From the NCBI GenBank assembly GCA_963804995.1, contig CAWDSK010000002.1, positions 608,001 to 672,000 of the forward strand: a stretch of DNA of 64,000 nucleotides, read 5' to 3'. The notes beneath the pieces were generated by a model, which saw only the letters and a program-made list of their open reading frames with translations, searched no databases and was not told where the DNA came from. The position numbers and the translations under genes were made by a program. This stretch comes from an uncultured Acidobacteriota bacterium (lineage in GTDB: Bacteria; Acidobacteriota; Terriglobia; UBA7540). Position 1 is the first letter of the stretch. Every line of letters begins with the position of its first letter. Positions 29,963-39,811 of this stretch are shown one piece after another.

Positions 29963-31567
29963 ATGGCAGCTATAGAGAGCAAACAATCCGCACCGGTGGA
30001 GAGTTCCGAAGGCCATTCCGGTAATTTCCCCCGTCTTTGGCGGCGGACCATCCGTAATGAAATCGTGGGCAGCGCCATTTCAGTTTTGCCCGCCTGGTTC
30101 TTCTATAACGCGGCGTTCTCTTACACGGCGATACAGTTCAAAGCCCTGATGAAGCTTGCGCCCCTTCCGGTGATAGCTTTTCTGGCTGTGGATTTGAGTT
30201 TGAACTGGTGGTACCTCACGCCCTTTCGACGTCTGTCGAAGGATTCGCCAACTGCGGTGGAACTGAGCCGCGTCTACACGCGTCTGCACAATCTTCCGGT
30301 CTTCAGTTTTTTTCGCGTCTTCGGGCCACACGCGTTGACCGCCTGTGTCGCGGCTCAGTTCGGGGTCTTTTACGCCAACGCGCACTGGGACCTGGGAATG
30401 CCCCGCAGTGATTACTGGATCTACTGGTTGCTCAACCTCACGCTGGTTCCTGTCGGCCACGCTATTTATGAATATCATGCCAACGGCTGGGCCGCCCGCG
30501 AGGAGCTGGCTGAGCTCGCCGCAAAGTACCGGCTTCCCACCGAATCCCGCGACGTGTGGCGCGTAGGCCTGGCGGTGCGGCTTGCCATTTTTTACACTCT
30601 CCTGGCGCTCTCTCCGCTGGCGCTGCTTGCGGCCGCGTCGCAACTTCATCCCCTGCGTGCCACAACCGCGGGAATGGGTTCGGATGTGGTCAAGATTGTC
30701 GGCGGCGTGGTTGTTCTCAACCTGGTATTGCTGATTCTGTTTGCCTCCGACGTGAACCAGCAAACGCGCGTGCTGCTGACAGGCCTCGAAAAGGTGGAGC
30801 AGGGAGATTTTACCGGCCGGGTCGATATTTACACCCCCGACGAGTTCGGCACCATTACCGAGGGAATCAACAAGATGATCCACGGCCTAGCGGAGCGGCA
30901 GCGGATTCGCGACCTGTTTGGGGTTTATCTGAGCCCGGGAATCTCCCGGGCGATTCTGGAAGGGCGCGTGGCGCTGGAGGGTGAGGGGCGCCATGTTTCT
31001 ATCCTCTTTTGTGACATCCGTGATTTCACCCGCTTCAGCGCCGCGCGCGGCCCCCGCGAGGTCGTGGGCCGGCTCAACCGATTCTTCACGTGCATGGCGG
31101 GGGCCATCAGCGCCCAGGGTGGAACCATCAACAAGTTTCTGGGGGACGGCTTTCTGGCCGTCTTCGGTGCACCGGCCGATCAGCCGGACCACGCCCGGCG
31201 GGCCGTCGAAGCCGCCCTCGAAATGGAGCGCGAACTCGCGACACTCAACGCCGAACTGGCAGGGTTGAACGAACCGCCCCTGGAAATCGGGATTGGCATC
31301 GACAGCGGTGAGGTGATTGCCGGCAACGTGGGGTCCCGAGATCGCCTGGAATACACCGTCATCGGAGACCCGGTGAACCGCTCCTCGCGCATCGAGCAAC
31401 TCAACAAATCGCTTGAAACGCGCATCCTGATTTCGGAACGAACGCACCGCGAATCTCAGATGGAAGGCGGCCGGGCGCTTCCCCTCGTCAATGTGAAAGG
31501 GATTGATGAACCGTTGCAGGTCTACACGGTGGGTCTCAGGGCGCAGGGCAACCGCAAATCAGCTTGA
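29963..31567 (+). CDS. Membrane-bound class III adenylate/guanylate cyclase with HAMP domain
   Basis: About 6 TM segments, DEFGTITEGINKM HAMP, LFCDIRDFT, INKFLGDG, IGIGIDSG and YTVIGDPVNRSSRIE motifs. Confidence 0.93.
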   Translation: MAAIESKQSAPVESSEGHSGNFPRLWRRTIRNEIVGSAISVLPAWFFYNAAFSYTAIQFKALMKLAPLPVIAFLAVDLSLNWWYLTPFRRLSKDSPTAVELSRVYTRLHNLPVFSFFRVFGPHALTACVAAQFGVFYANAHWDLGMPRSDYWIYWLLNLTLVPVGHAIYEYHANGWAAREELAELAAKYRLPTESRDVWRVGLAVRLAIFYTLLALSPLALLAAASQLHPLRATTAGMGSDVVKIVGGVVVLNLVLLILFASDVNQQTRVLLTGLEKVEQGDFTGRVDIYTPDEFGTITEGINKMIHGLAERQRIRDLFGVYLSPGISRAILEGRVALEGEGRHVSILFCDIRDFTRFSAARGPREVVGRLNRFFTCMAGAISAQGGTINKFLGDGFLAVFGAPADQPDHARRAVEAALEMERELATLNAELAGLNEPPLEIGIGIDSGEVIAGNVGSRDRLEYTVIGDPVNRSSRIEQLNKSLETRILISERTHRESQMEGGRALPLVNVKGIDEPLQVYTVGLRAQGNRKSA

Positions 31568-32068
31568 AACTCCAGCCGTTTCGGTCGTGGGATCTTCAAG
31601 CTGCCGGGTGGGACGGTCGGCCAGGTCCAGCGTTACGGCCTTCTCGTTGCAGCAGGAATAGCGTTCGCAGCGCAGGCAATCACGCCAGACCTTGGTGGGG
31701 AATCTTTCTCTGGGCACTTCACGAAATCCCAACTTTTCAAAAAACGTGGGAGCGACCGTCAAGGCGAAGACGGTCTTCAAGCCGAAGCCCTCGGCCTCAT
31801 CGAGGAGCTGCTCGGCAATCTCCCGGCCTATGCCCTTTGAGTGCAATTCCGCGTCAACGCACAAGGAGCGGATTTCTGCAATCTCCTGGCTATAGAGCTT
31901 AAGGGCGCCGCTGCCCACCAATTTGCCATCCTCTTCGGCTACGGTAAACTCCCACACGTTCTCGTAAAGGTCCGTAAGCGTGCGGGGCAGCATGATGCGC
32001 TCACCGGCGTAGTAGTTGATCAGCCGGTGGAGGTCAGGCACATCGCTTAGTTTGGCCTTGCGAATCAT
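31559..32068 (-). CDS. argA: GNAT N-acetyltransferase, short-type N-acetylglutamate synthase
   Basis: MIRKA..MLPR..AEIRSLCV..VFALT..FFEKLGF..KVWRDC; last gene of the arg operon. Confidence 0.78.
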   Translation of the reverse strand: MIRKAKLSDVPDLHRLINYYAGERIMLPRTLTDLYENVWEFTVAEEDGKLVGSGALKLYSQEIAEIRSLCVDAELHSKGIGREIAEQLLDEAEGFGLKTVFALTVAPTFFEKLGFREVPRERFPTKVWRDCLRCERYSCCNEKAVTLDLADRPTRQLEDPTTETAGVSS

Positions 32069-32138
32069 CAGTGAAACATTCCCTTTTTGAAGCCGTTCGC
32101 TGCCGGCCAGCGCCACGGCAGCCCCGGGGCATCCCCTT

Positions 32139-32213
32139 GTAGCGCTGACCTTCAGAGCCTGCCCTGAGCACCGCGAAGGGTCAGCACGTGCCGACCTGAA
32201 GGTCGGCGGTACA
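32139..32213. repeat. GTAG REP doublet with inserted GCCTGCCCTGAG..CGAAGG segment
   Basis: GTAGCGCTGACC..GGTCAGC / GCCGACCTGAAGGTCGGC. Confidence 0.7.
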
Positions 32214-32223
32214 AGTACCTACC

Positions 32224-33195
32224 CTAGGTCCCCTCATTTTGCAGGAGCAGCATCATGAGCGCCTTCTGCACGTGCAACCGGTTCTCCGCCTGGTCATAGA
32301 CGACGGATTGAGGCGAATCGATGACCTCGTCCGTAACTTCGTGGCCCCGGTGCGCCGGAAGACAGTGCATGAACACGGCCGCAGGATCGGCGCCGGCCAT
32401 CAGGTCTTTGGTCACGCGGTAGTTCGCAAAGACCTGGGACCGCAGGTGCGCGGCGTATTCCTGCCCCATGCTGGTCCAGACATCAGTATAAACCGCCTGC
32501 GCCCCCAATACCGCATGAATCGGGTCGTGCATGGCCTCGATGGTCGCTCCGGTTTCGGTGGCAAAGGCGCGAGCGGTTTCCAGAATCTCCGCTTTGGGCT
32601 CATAACCGGGCGGCGTCGCGACGCGAATGGACGCCCCGAACTTGGCGGCCAGGATCATCAGCGAGTGGCAGACGTTGTTGCCGTCACCCACGAACGCCAG
32701 CTTCAATCCCTTCAGGCCGCCGAACTTCTCGTGCAGGGTGAAGAAATCTGCCAGCGCCTGACAGGGGTGGAAGAGGTCGGTCAGGGCGTTGATGACGGGA
32801 ATGGACGAATTCGCGGCCAGCTCCAGAACGGAATCATGCGTGAAAGTCCGCGCCACGATGCCATGCACCCAGCGTTCGAGATTGCGGGCGATGTCCTTGA
32901 TGGCCTCGCGCTCGCCCAGTCTTGGCTTGGTGTGGTCCAGGTAGACTGCATAACCACCCATGCTGGTCATGCCGACTTCAAAGGTGGTGCGAGTGCGCAG
33001 GGAGGGCTTCTCGAAAATCATTGCCAGTTGTTTTCCCCGCAGCGCCTGCGAGTATTTGCCGGGCACGGCCTTTACCCGTTCCGAAAGGTCAAAGATGAGC
33101 CTCAGATCGTCGTGCGTCAGATCCTGGTCAGCCAAGAGGCTCCGAACACTTAGGGTTACCGGTTTCTTCATGGTGGTTGTCATGACCGCGCTCAT
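32224..33195 (-). CDS. argF: Ornithine carbamoyltransferase
   Basis: FEKPSLRT, HPCQ, DVWTSMG, HCLPAHRG and QAENR motifs. Confidence 0.95.
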   Translation of the reverse strand: MSAVMTTTMKKPVTLSVRSLLADQDLTHDDLRLIFDLSERVKAVPGKYSQALRGKQLAMIFEKPSLRTRTTFEVGMTSMGGYAVYLDHTKPRLGEREAIKDIARNLERWVHGIVARTFTHDSVLELAANSSIPVINALTDLFHPCQALADFFTLHEKFGGLKGLKLAFVGDGNNVCHSLMILAAKFGASIRVATPPGYEPKAEILETARAFATETGATIEAMHDPIHAVLGAQAVYTDVWTSMGQEYAAHLRSQVFANYRVTKDLMAGADPAAVFMHCLPAHRGHEVTDEVIDSPQSVVYDQAENRLHVQKALMMLLLQNEGT

Positions 33196-34424
33196 GCGTT
33201 CACTCCCTTCATCTCGACCGCAGGCTGGAGGGCAGCCAGGATCGGCCGTAGCACCGCAACTAATTCGTCAACATGCCGGGGTTCGATAATCAGAGGCGGG
33301 AGGAAGCGCAGCACCTTGTCCTGCGTGCAGTTGATTACCACACCTGCTTCCAAGGCCTGCTGGACCACGGACTTGCCGGAGGTCCAGAGTTCCGCCGCCA
33401 CCATTAATCCCTCGCCGCGGACTTCCCGGATCACGGGAAGCTCCGACTGCAACTTTTCAAGCTGTGCGCGGAAATAAGCTCCCACTTGGCTGACTTGCGC
33501 TAAGAACCCGGGGCGCTCAAGAATCTCCAGCACCTTCAGCGCCAAACGGCATTGCAGCGGTCCACCCCCGAACGTCGTTCCGTGCATGCCGGGGGAAAAT
33601 GCCTGCGCGACTTGCTCTCGCGCCAGGATGGCAGCCAGGGGTAATCCCGCAGCCAGGGGTTTCGCTACCACCACCACGTCAGGCTGCAAGCCGAATTTCT
33701 CGTAGGCAAAGAAGCGCCCGGTCCGCCCCATCCCGCACTGGATCTCATCACAGATCAGCAGCGCTCCCTGGAGTTTGCAGAGTTCCGCAGCGGCCTTCAG
33801 AAAGTCTTCGTGGATTCGAACGACGCCGCCCTCGCCCTGAATCACTTCCACCAACACTGCCGCAACACGTGGTGTGAGATTCTCACGCAGGTGCGCAATA
33901 TCGTTCGGCCGGACAAACCGGACTCCGGGCGGCAGAGGCTCGAAGGGCTCGCGATACTTCTTCGGCCAAGTCGCCGAAAGCGCGCCAAACGTGCGCCCGT
34001 GAAAGGAATTTTCCAGGGCCAGAATCTCGTAACGATCAAAGGGCCCAGCTGGCGCGTGCTGGCGCGCATTAGCGCGGGCCAATTTCATCGCCCCCTCGAC
34101 GGCTTCCGTGCCGCTGTTCGCAAAGAAGGCGCGGCCCATTCCCGAAAGGCGTGTGAGCTTCTCCGCCAACGGCGCTTGATACGGGTGGTAGATCAGGTTG
34201 GAAACATGCAGGAGGGTTTCCGCCTCGTCGCGCAGCACAGCCAGGATTTCCGGGTGAGCATACCCGAGAGCATTCACCGCCAGGCCGCCCAGGAAATCGA
34301 GATACTTCTTCCCATTCTCATCGTAGAGGTAGCAACCCTCACCGCCCACGGCCAGGAGGGGAAGCCGTTCGTACGTGGGAATCAACACCTGCTTTTCGAG
34401 TTCTGCAATCTGTTGGCGGTTCAT
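33192..34424 (-). CDS. argD: Acetylornithine aminotransferase
   Basis: NSGTEAVE, SFHGRT, DEIQCGMGRTG and HGTTFGG motifs. Confidence 0.94.
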   Translation of the reverse strand: MNRQQIAELEKQVLIPTYERLPLLAVGGEGCYLYDENGKKYLDFLGGLAVNALGYAHPEILAVLRDEAETLLHVSNLIYHPYQAPLAEKLTRLSGMGRAFFANSGTEAVEGAMKLARANARQHAPAGPFDRYEILALENSFHGRTFGALSATWPKKYREPFEPLPPGVRFVRPNDIAHLRENLTPRVAAVLVEVIQGEGGVVRIHEDFLKAAAELCKLQGALLICDEIQCGMGRTGRFFAYEKFGLQPDVVVVAKPLAAGLPLAAILAREQVAQAFSPGMHGTTFGGGPLQCRLALKVLEILERPGFLAQVSQVGAYFRAQLEKLQSELPVIREVRGEGLMVAAELWTSGKSVVQQALEAGVVINCTQDKVLRFLPPLIIEPRHVDELVAVLRPILAALQPAVEMKGVNA

Positions 34425-35227
34425 TTGCCCTTCACAATCCGTGTGCCGGCGGTTTTCCCGCTCTCGATCGCACGCCGCAACGCGTTGGGGGCAGTCGTTG
34501 AGAGGATGTCTACTTCGCCCACGTCGTTGCGCAGCGTCCGCGCGCAGGAGAGCAGCTTCGGAATCATGCCGTCACGAACCACGCCTTTGTCGATTAGGTG
34601 GCGGATCTCACTGAGCTTCACCACGGGGAGCAGGCGCTTCTCCGCGTCCCAAACGCCGCCTGATTCCGTGAGGTAGAGGAGGCGGTCGGCCTTCAGCGCC
34701 ACCGCCAGCGCCGCCGCCAAATCGTCGGCGTTGATGTTTAGAAATTCGCCGCGGGCATTCACGCCCAGGCTGGCGACGACCGGGATCATGCCGCCTTGCA
34801 TGGCAATGTCCAGCACAGTGGTCTTGACCTTGTGCGGCCGCCCGACAAAGCCCAAATCCTTCTTGTGGCCATTCACGCCCACAGTCAACTTGCGCGCCCG
34901 CACCAGGCTGCCATCGCCACCACAGAGGCCCAATGCAGGCTGTCCCAGGCTTTCGAGCTCCGCCACCCACTGCTTGTTCACGAGGCCCGCCAGCACCATC
35001 ATGGCTACGTCGCGGGTAGCCGCGTCGGTGACGCGCAGGCCGTTGTGAAACTCCGTCGAGATGCCCAGGCGCTCGAGAGTGCGGGTCAGAACCTTGCCGC
35101 CGCCATGCACCACCACTACGGAATGGCCGGCCCGGCATATTGCCGCGATTTGGCGCGCCAAGTTCTTGCGGCCCTTGGGATCCTCTGCACCGTGCCCGCC
35201 GATTTTGATGACCAACTTCATTTTCAA
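34421..35227 (-). CDS. argB: Acetylglutamate kinase
   Basis: VIKIGG, VHGGG, GLRVTD, NINAD and GMIPK motifs. Confidence 0.96.
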   Translation of the reverse strand: MKMKLVIKIGGHGAEDPKGRKNLARQIAAICRAGHSVVVVHGGGKVLTRTLERLGISTEFHNGLRVTDAATRDVAMMVLAGLVNKQWVAELESLGQPALGLCGGDGSLVRARKLTVGVNGHKKDLGFVGRPHKVKTTVLDIAMQGGMIPVVASLGVNARGEFLNINADDLAAALAVALKADRLLYLTESGGVWDAEKRLLPVVKLSEIRHLIDKGVVRDGMIPKLLSCARTLRNDVGEVDILSTTAPNALRRAIESGKTAGTRIVKGK

Positions 35228-35237
35228 ATCTCAAATT

Positions 35238-36278
35238 TCAGAGCAAGCCGGTTTCTTGAGGGAAGCCAAACATCACGTTCATGTTCTGAACCGCCTGCCC
35301 CGCTGCACCCTTGCCCAGGTTGTCGAGAGTGGAGACCAGGATCAGTCTTCCCGTCGCGGCATTCAGCGCGAACCCGATGTCGGCAAACTGCGTGTTCGCT
35401 ACACCTTGGATCTCCGGCAACGTTCCCGCCGGATAAATGCGCACCATGGGCGCCCCTGCGTAAAAATCCTGGAAGAGCGCTTCGACCTCGCTCACCTCAT
35501 GCGGCTTGGTAAGACGCAAGTAAATCGTGCTCAGGATGCCCCGCGTGATCGGCAGGAGGTGAGGCGTGAAGATGAAATCCTTTTCCGCGAGATCAAGAGC
35601 CTGAAGCATCTCCGGCACGTGGCGATGATGGAAAACACCGTAAGCGCGCAGGTTCTCGTTGACCTCAGGGAAGTGATATTTCTCGCCGGGTGTCCGGCCG
35701 GCTCCGCTGACGCCGGATTTCGAATCTGCGATGATGCCCGCGCGGACATCCACCCAGCCGGCCCGGAGGAGCGGCGCCAGCGCCAGGATGACGGACGTGG
35801 CGTAGCAGCCGGGATTCGCGATCAGCCGCGCCTTGGCGATAGCCGGCGAATCAAATTCCGGAATACCGTAAACCGCCTCGGCAAGCGCCTCTGGCTGATG
35901 GTGTTCAAAACCGTACCAGCGCGGGTAGACCTCAGAGTTTTTCAACCGGAAGGCTGCGCTCAGATCCACCACGCGCAGGCCGCTTTCAACAAGCGCCGGG
36001 GCCACCTGGAGTGAAGTCTCGTGGGGAGTGGCGAGGAAAACCACTTCGCACCCGGAGGCCGTCAGTTGCTCGACGTCCAGCGGCTCGCACAAAGCGGCAA
36101 AACGCCCCCGCAATTTGGGATGGACCTGCTCAATGGGGAAGGCCTTCTTGCCGCCCTTTCCGGACGACATCAGCCGGGTTACGGCAGCGTTGGGGTGGCG
36201 GCCCAGGATGGTCAGGATCTCGCCCCCGGCGTAACCCGTGGCACCGACGAGGGCGGCATGAATCAGCGGCCGGCTCAC
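35238..36278 (-). CDS. argC: N-acetyl-gamma-glutamyl-phosphate reductase
   Basis: GATGYAG, IANPGCYAT, SGVSGAG and DNLGKGAAGQAVQNMN motifs; start uncertain (36278 GTG or 36347 ATG). Confidence 0.95.
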   Translation of the reverse strand: MSRPLIHAALVGATGYAGGEILTILGRHPNAAVTRLMSSGKGGKKAFPIEQVHPKLRGRFAALCEPLDVEQLTASGCEVVFLATPHETSLQVAPALVESGLRVVDLSAAFRLKNSEVYPRWYGFEHHQPEALAEAVYGIPEFDSPAIAKARLIANPGCYATSVILALAPLLRAGWVDVRAGIIADSKSGVSGAGRTPGEKYHFPEVNENLRAYGVFHHRHVPEMLQALDLAEKDFIFTPHLLPITRGILSTIYLRLTKPHEVSEVEALFQDFYAGAPMVRIYPAGTLPEIQGVANTQFADIGFALNAATGRLILVSTLDNLGKGAAGQAVQNMNVMFGFPQETGLL

Positions 36279-36355
36279 CGACCCTGCCCCTGTCCGTTTA
36301 GACGTCTTGGTTTCAACTGCAGTGCTCAAGGCTCTCCCACACCCCATGTTTGGCT

Positions 36356-36392
36356 AAAGCATATTTATACAGGCTGTGTATAAATATTCTCT
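36356..36392. promoter_or_regulatory. Tandem ARG-box-like operator
   Basis: AGCATATTTATACA (36358-36371) and TGTATAAATATTCT (36377-36390) resemble TGAATAAwwATTCA; directly upstream of argC. Confidence 0.6.
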
Positions 36393-36610
36393 TTTATAGC
36401 GGAGGAGGGGCTTGCCTGTCAAGAAAAAACTCAATCCCCTGAAAGGTTTAGCCGACTGGTAAGTGTGCGAACGGGCGCTCCGGCAGTGCCGAGAATTCGA
36501 TTGGAGATCTCATGCTAAGCTCGGAAAGCGCGCCACTACCGCATCCGCTCAAGTATAATATCGGCTTCGGGCCCTGCCAGATTGAGGTTCATATGCCGGG
36601 AGGATTGGGA

Positions 36611-37363
36611 ATGCGTCGTCTCGCCTTGCTTGCCTGCTGGTGTTTACTTGGAGTTTCCGCGACCGGACTTGCGGCGCAGGTCAAAACTCAGGACATTACC
36701 TTCCCCAGCGGCGATGAGACCATTGCGGGTTATCTGGCTCTACCCGAATCTGGCGGCAAGCATCCGGCCTTGGTGGTCATCCACGAATGGTGGGGGTTGA
36801 ACGACTGGGTCAAAGAGCAGGCCCGCAAGTTGGCGGAGCAGGGGTACGTAGCTCTGGCAGTGGATCTTTATCGCGGCCAAGTTGCTTACGACCCCACCCT
36901 GGCCTACGAACTGAGCCATGGCATGCCGCAAGACCGTGCCCTGCGCGACCTGAAGGCCGCCTATGATTACCTGGCGGCGCGTCCTGACGTGCTGAGTGCG
37001 AAAATCGGTTCCATCGGCTGGTGCATGGGGGGCGGGCTTTCCCTGCAATTGGCGGTTAACGAGCCGCGGCTGGCGGCTTGCGTCGTGAGCTATGGTTCCA
37101 TGCCCAGAGACGCGGCGGACATTCAAAAGATTCACGCCCCGGTGCTCGGCAGTTTCGGCGCTGAGGATCGCGACATTCCCCCCAGCGTCGTCGAGGCTTT
37201 CGAGAAAGCTATGGAGGCGGCGAACAAATCCATCGACGTGAAGATCTATCCGGGCGCCGGCCACGCCTTTGAGAATCCCAACAATAAATTGGGCTATAAA
37301 GAAGGTCCTGCTACGGACGCCTGGAATCGCACCTTGGCCTTCCTCGATCACAACCTAAAATAG
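36611..37363 (+). CDS. Dienelactone hydrolase family protein, exported
   Basis: IHEWWGLN, GWCMGG and YPGAGHAF motifs; signal peptide. Confidence 0.92.
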   Translation: MRRLALLACWCLLGVSATGLAAQVKTQDITFPSGDETIAGYLALPESGGKHPALVVIHEWWGLNDWVKEQARKLAEQGYVALAVDLYRGQVAYDPTLAYELSHGMPQDRALRDLKAAYDYLAARPDVLSAKIGSIGWCMGGGLSLQLAVNEPRLAACVVSYGSMPRDAADIQKIHAPVLGSFGAEDRDIPPSVVEAFEKAMEAANKSIDVKIYPGAGHAFENPNNKLGYKEGPATDAWNRTLAFLDHNLK

Positions 37364-37403
37364 CTCCGGAGGGATTCGAGACGCGGCACTAACCCTTGCT
37401 TTC

Positions 37404-38689
37404 TCATGCCAGGGGGTAGAAGAGCTTCCCTCCGCGCACCGTCACGACAGGAAAAAGCTTGTGCTGTCCCGTGCGGGTCTTGGCCACCGAATCCGTATAG
37501 GTGAATTCACCGTCGCGCAGTTCGAGGACGCTCACATCGGCTTCGGCGCCCGGCCTCAGCGTGCCGATTTCTGCACCAAAATCGAAGGTCGCGGCGGCAT
37601 TCACGGTCGAGCGCGTGATGACATCTCGCAGGTTCATGCCTAAGAGAAGGAATTTCGAAAGCGTGGTGGTCAGATCGTAGACGGGTCCATTGATGTTGGC
37701 GGTGTACAGATCGCTGGAAATAGTGTCGGGCGGGAACCCATCCTGCAAGCACTTCTCGATGATGTCGAAAGAAAAGCTCCCCGCCCCGTGGCCAACATCG
37801 AATCGCACCCCGCGCTGTCGAGCCTCGCGCACTTCCGGGGTGATTTTGCCCGCACTGTCGAGCAAGCCATGCGGGTGATCATTATAAGAGTGGGTCACCA
37901 CATCCCCCTTCCGCATCAGCGCCAGCAAATCTCCCAGAGGCGTGTAAGAACCTCCAATGTGAATCATCAAGGGCAGGCGTGCTTCGTCGGCGGCAGCACG
38001 TGCTCGCTTCATGCCTTCCAAATCGTTTGGCCCAGTATATTTCTCAGAAAAGCGAATTTTGAAACCCACGATCACATCGCGGTTTTCGCCCGCGACCTGG
38101 GCGGCGAGCTTGGGATCGCAATAGCGCAGGTCTTCGAGTTCACCCAGGTTGCCGCCCACCATGCCGATGGAAACGATGTGCAGCAGCGCCCGGACACGCG
38201 TGGCGGCTTGTGAAATTGTGAATTTGCGGAAGGCCGCGAAGGTAAACGCTCCGGAAGTCCCGGCGTCAATCACGGTTGTGACGCCGCGCGTGACGAAGTA
38301 GGGGTCAGGTTCAATGCCGTAAGGTCCGACGTAAGGAAACACATGCGTGTGCAAATCAATAAGGCCGGGCGTGACGATTTTGCCGGAAGCGTTGACCACC
38401 TGGCGCGCCTGTGCGGCGGGAAGGTCGCGCTCCAGGCGGGCGATCTTGCCTCCTGCGATGGCAACGTCGCGGGCCTCCTCGAGGTCTTGGGAAGGGTCGA
38501 TGACTTTGCCACCCTTGATGAGCAAGTCAAAGGGTTTGCCATCGGCTGTCGGGCGGGCGAGGTCTGCTGTCCCAGGGGCGCCTGCCTCGGCTGGCCAGCG
38601 GTGAGGCCGCGAAGAGGAGGGGATCTCCCGGCGCCTGCCAGCCACTCCCGCCGCGAGAGGCTCAGCGCGGCTTGTCCCACTATTCCCAT
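37404..38689 (-). CDS. Amidohydrolase/deacetylase family metallohydrolase, probable Tat substrate (N-terminal frameshift)
   Basis: PGLIDLHTH, DAGTSG, DVGHGAGSF and ISSD motifs; SRREWL Tat-like motif after AAGGAG SD at 38689 lies in another frame. Confidence 0.85.
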
Positions 38690-38766
38690 GGTGTTTCTCC
38701 TTTTAGGGTCCCTTTGTTGACAAAGCGATTTTTCCGGACCGGAGTTGTCGAATTCCAGTCTTGACG

Positions 38767-38792
38767 AAAAAGGCCGCCCGTGAAGGGCGGCC
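38767..38792 (-). terminator. Rho-independent terminator after sdhB
   Basis: GGCCGCCC-TTCAC-GGGCGGCC followed by TTTTT on the minus strand. Confidence 0.8.
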
Positions 38793-38816
38793 GTGGTCCG
38801 AAAAGCGCAGTGGTCG

Positions 38817-39518
38817 TCAAATCTTCCGGTACAGCAGCGCCTTCTTCACCTCGCCGATGGCGCGCGTCACATTAATGTCGCGCGGACAAGCCTCCACGCA
38901 ATTAAAAATCGTTCGGCAGCGCCAGACACCTTCGACTGTGTTCAAGACTTCCATGCGATCCTCGCCGCCCTCATCGCGGGAGTCGAAGAGGAAGCGATGG
39001 GCATTGACGATTGCGGCCGGGCCCACGTACTCGCCGTCCGCCCAGAAGGACGGGCAACCGGATGTGCACGCACCACACAGAATGCACTTGGTCGTGTCGT
39101 CGAACTTCTCGCGGTCTTCGGGTGACTGGAGGCGTTCCTTTTCCGGCTCGGGAGTGTGCGTGATGAGGTACGGTTTGACACTGCGATATTTGGCCAGGAA
39201 CGCGTCCATATCCACAAGCAGGTCTTTGATGACGCTGTAGCCACGCAATGGCTCGATGGTAATCTTCTGCCCCAGGTCTTTGAGCAGCAGCTTGCACGCC
39301 AGGCGGTTGGATCCGTTGATCTGCATCGCGTCGGAGCCACAGACTCCGTGCGCGCAGGAGCGTCGATAGGTGAGCGAGCCGTCCAGGTACCACTTTACAT
39401 GGTTCAGCGCATCGAGCAGGCGGTCCGTGGGCTCGGCATCAATCTTGTATTCGCCCCACCAGGCTTGCTTGTCCTTTTCAGGATTGAAGCGCTTGATTCG
39501 AAGAGTGACCTGCATCAT
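38817..39518 (-). CDS. sdhB: Succinate dehydrogenase iron-sulfur subunit
   Basis: RRSCAHGVCGSD, CILCGAC..GCP and CRTIFNC..ACP motifs. Confidence 0.96.
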   Translation of the reverse strand: MMQVTLRIKRFNPEKDKQAWWGEYKIDAEPTDRLLDALNHVKWYLDGSLTYRRSCAHGVCGSDAMQINGSNRLACKLLLKDLGQKITIEPLRGYSVIKDLLVDMDAFLAKYRSVKPYLITHTPEPEKERLQSPEDREKFDDTTKCILCGACTSGCPSFWADGEYVGPAAIVNAHRFLFDSRDEGGEDRMEVLNTVEGVWRCRTIFNCVEACPRDINVTRAIGEVKKALLYRKI

Positions 39519-39524
39519 GAACTC

Positions 39525-39805
39525 CTGGGGACTGGAGGCTGGGTTCTGGGGGCTGGAGAGCGACTTAACCCAGTCCCTAGTGTGGTGTCCCGGTTAATAT
39601 TTGACAAGGCTGTCCGACCCCCTCACCCCCCAGCCCCTCTCCCCCAAAGGGGCGAGGGGAGAGTTAATTCTCTTGCCCTCGCCCCTTTGGGGGAGAGGGT
39701 GGCTGGACGAGGCGTTCTCATCAGCCGAGGCCAGACGGGTGAGGGGGTTCTACCCCTTGTCAACTCTAGCACGGGACACCACACTAGAACCCAGCCCCTA
39801 GCACC
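39525..39805. repeat. Composite intergenic repeat inside the sdh operon
   Basis: CCCTCACCCC..CCCTCTCCCCCAAAGGGGCGAGGG / CCCTCGCCCCTTTGGGGGAGAGGG..GGGTGAGGGG, flanked by TTGACAAGG/CCTTGTCAA, GTGTCCCG/CGGGACAC and heptamer arms. Confidence 0.75.
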
Positions 39806-39811
39806 GCTTTT

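Noticed and set aside
32224..33195. N-acetyl- or succinyl-ornithine transcarbamylase, suggested by SLRT
   Set aside because: The DxxxSMG and HCLPAHRG motifs are those of canonical ornithine carbamoyltransferase.
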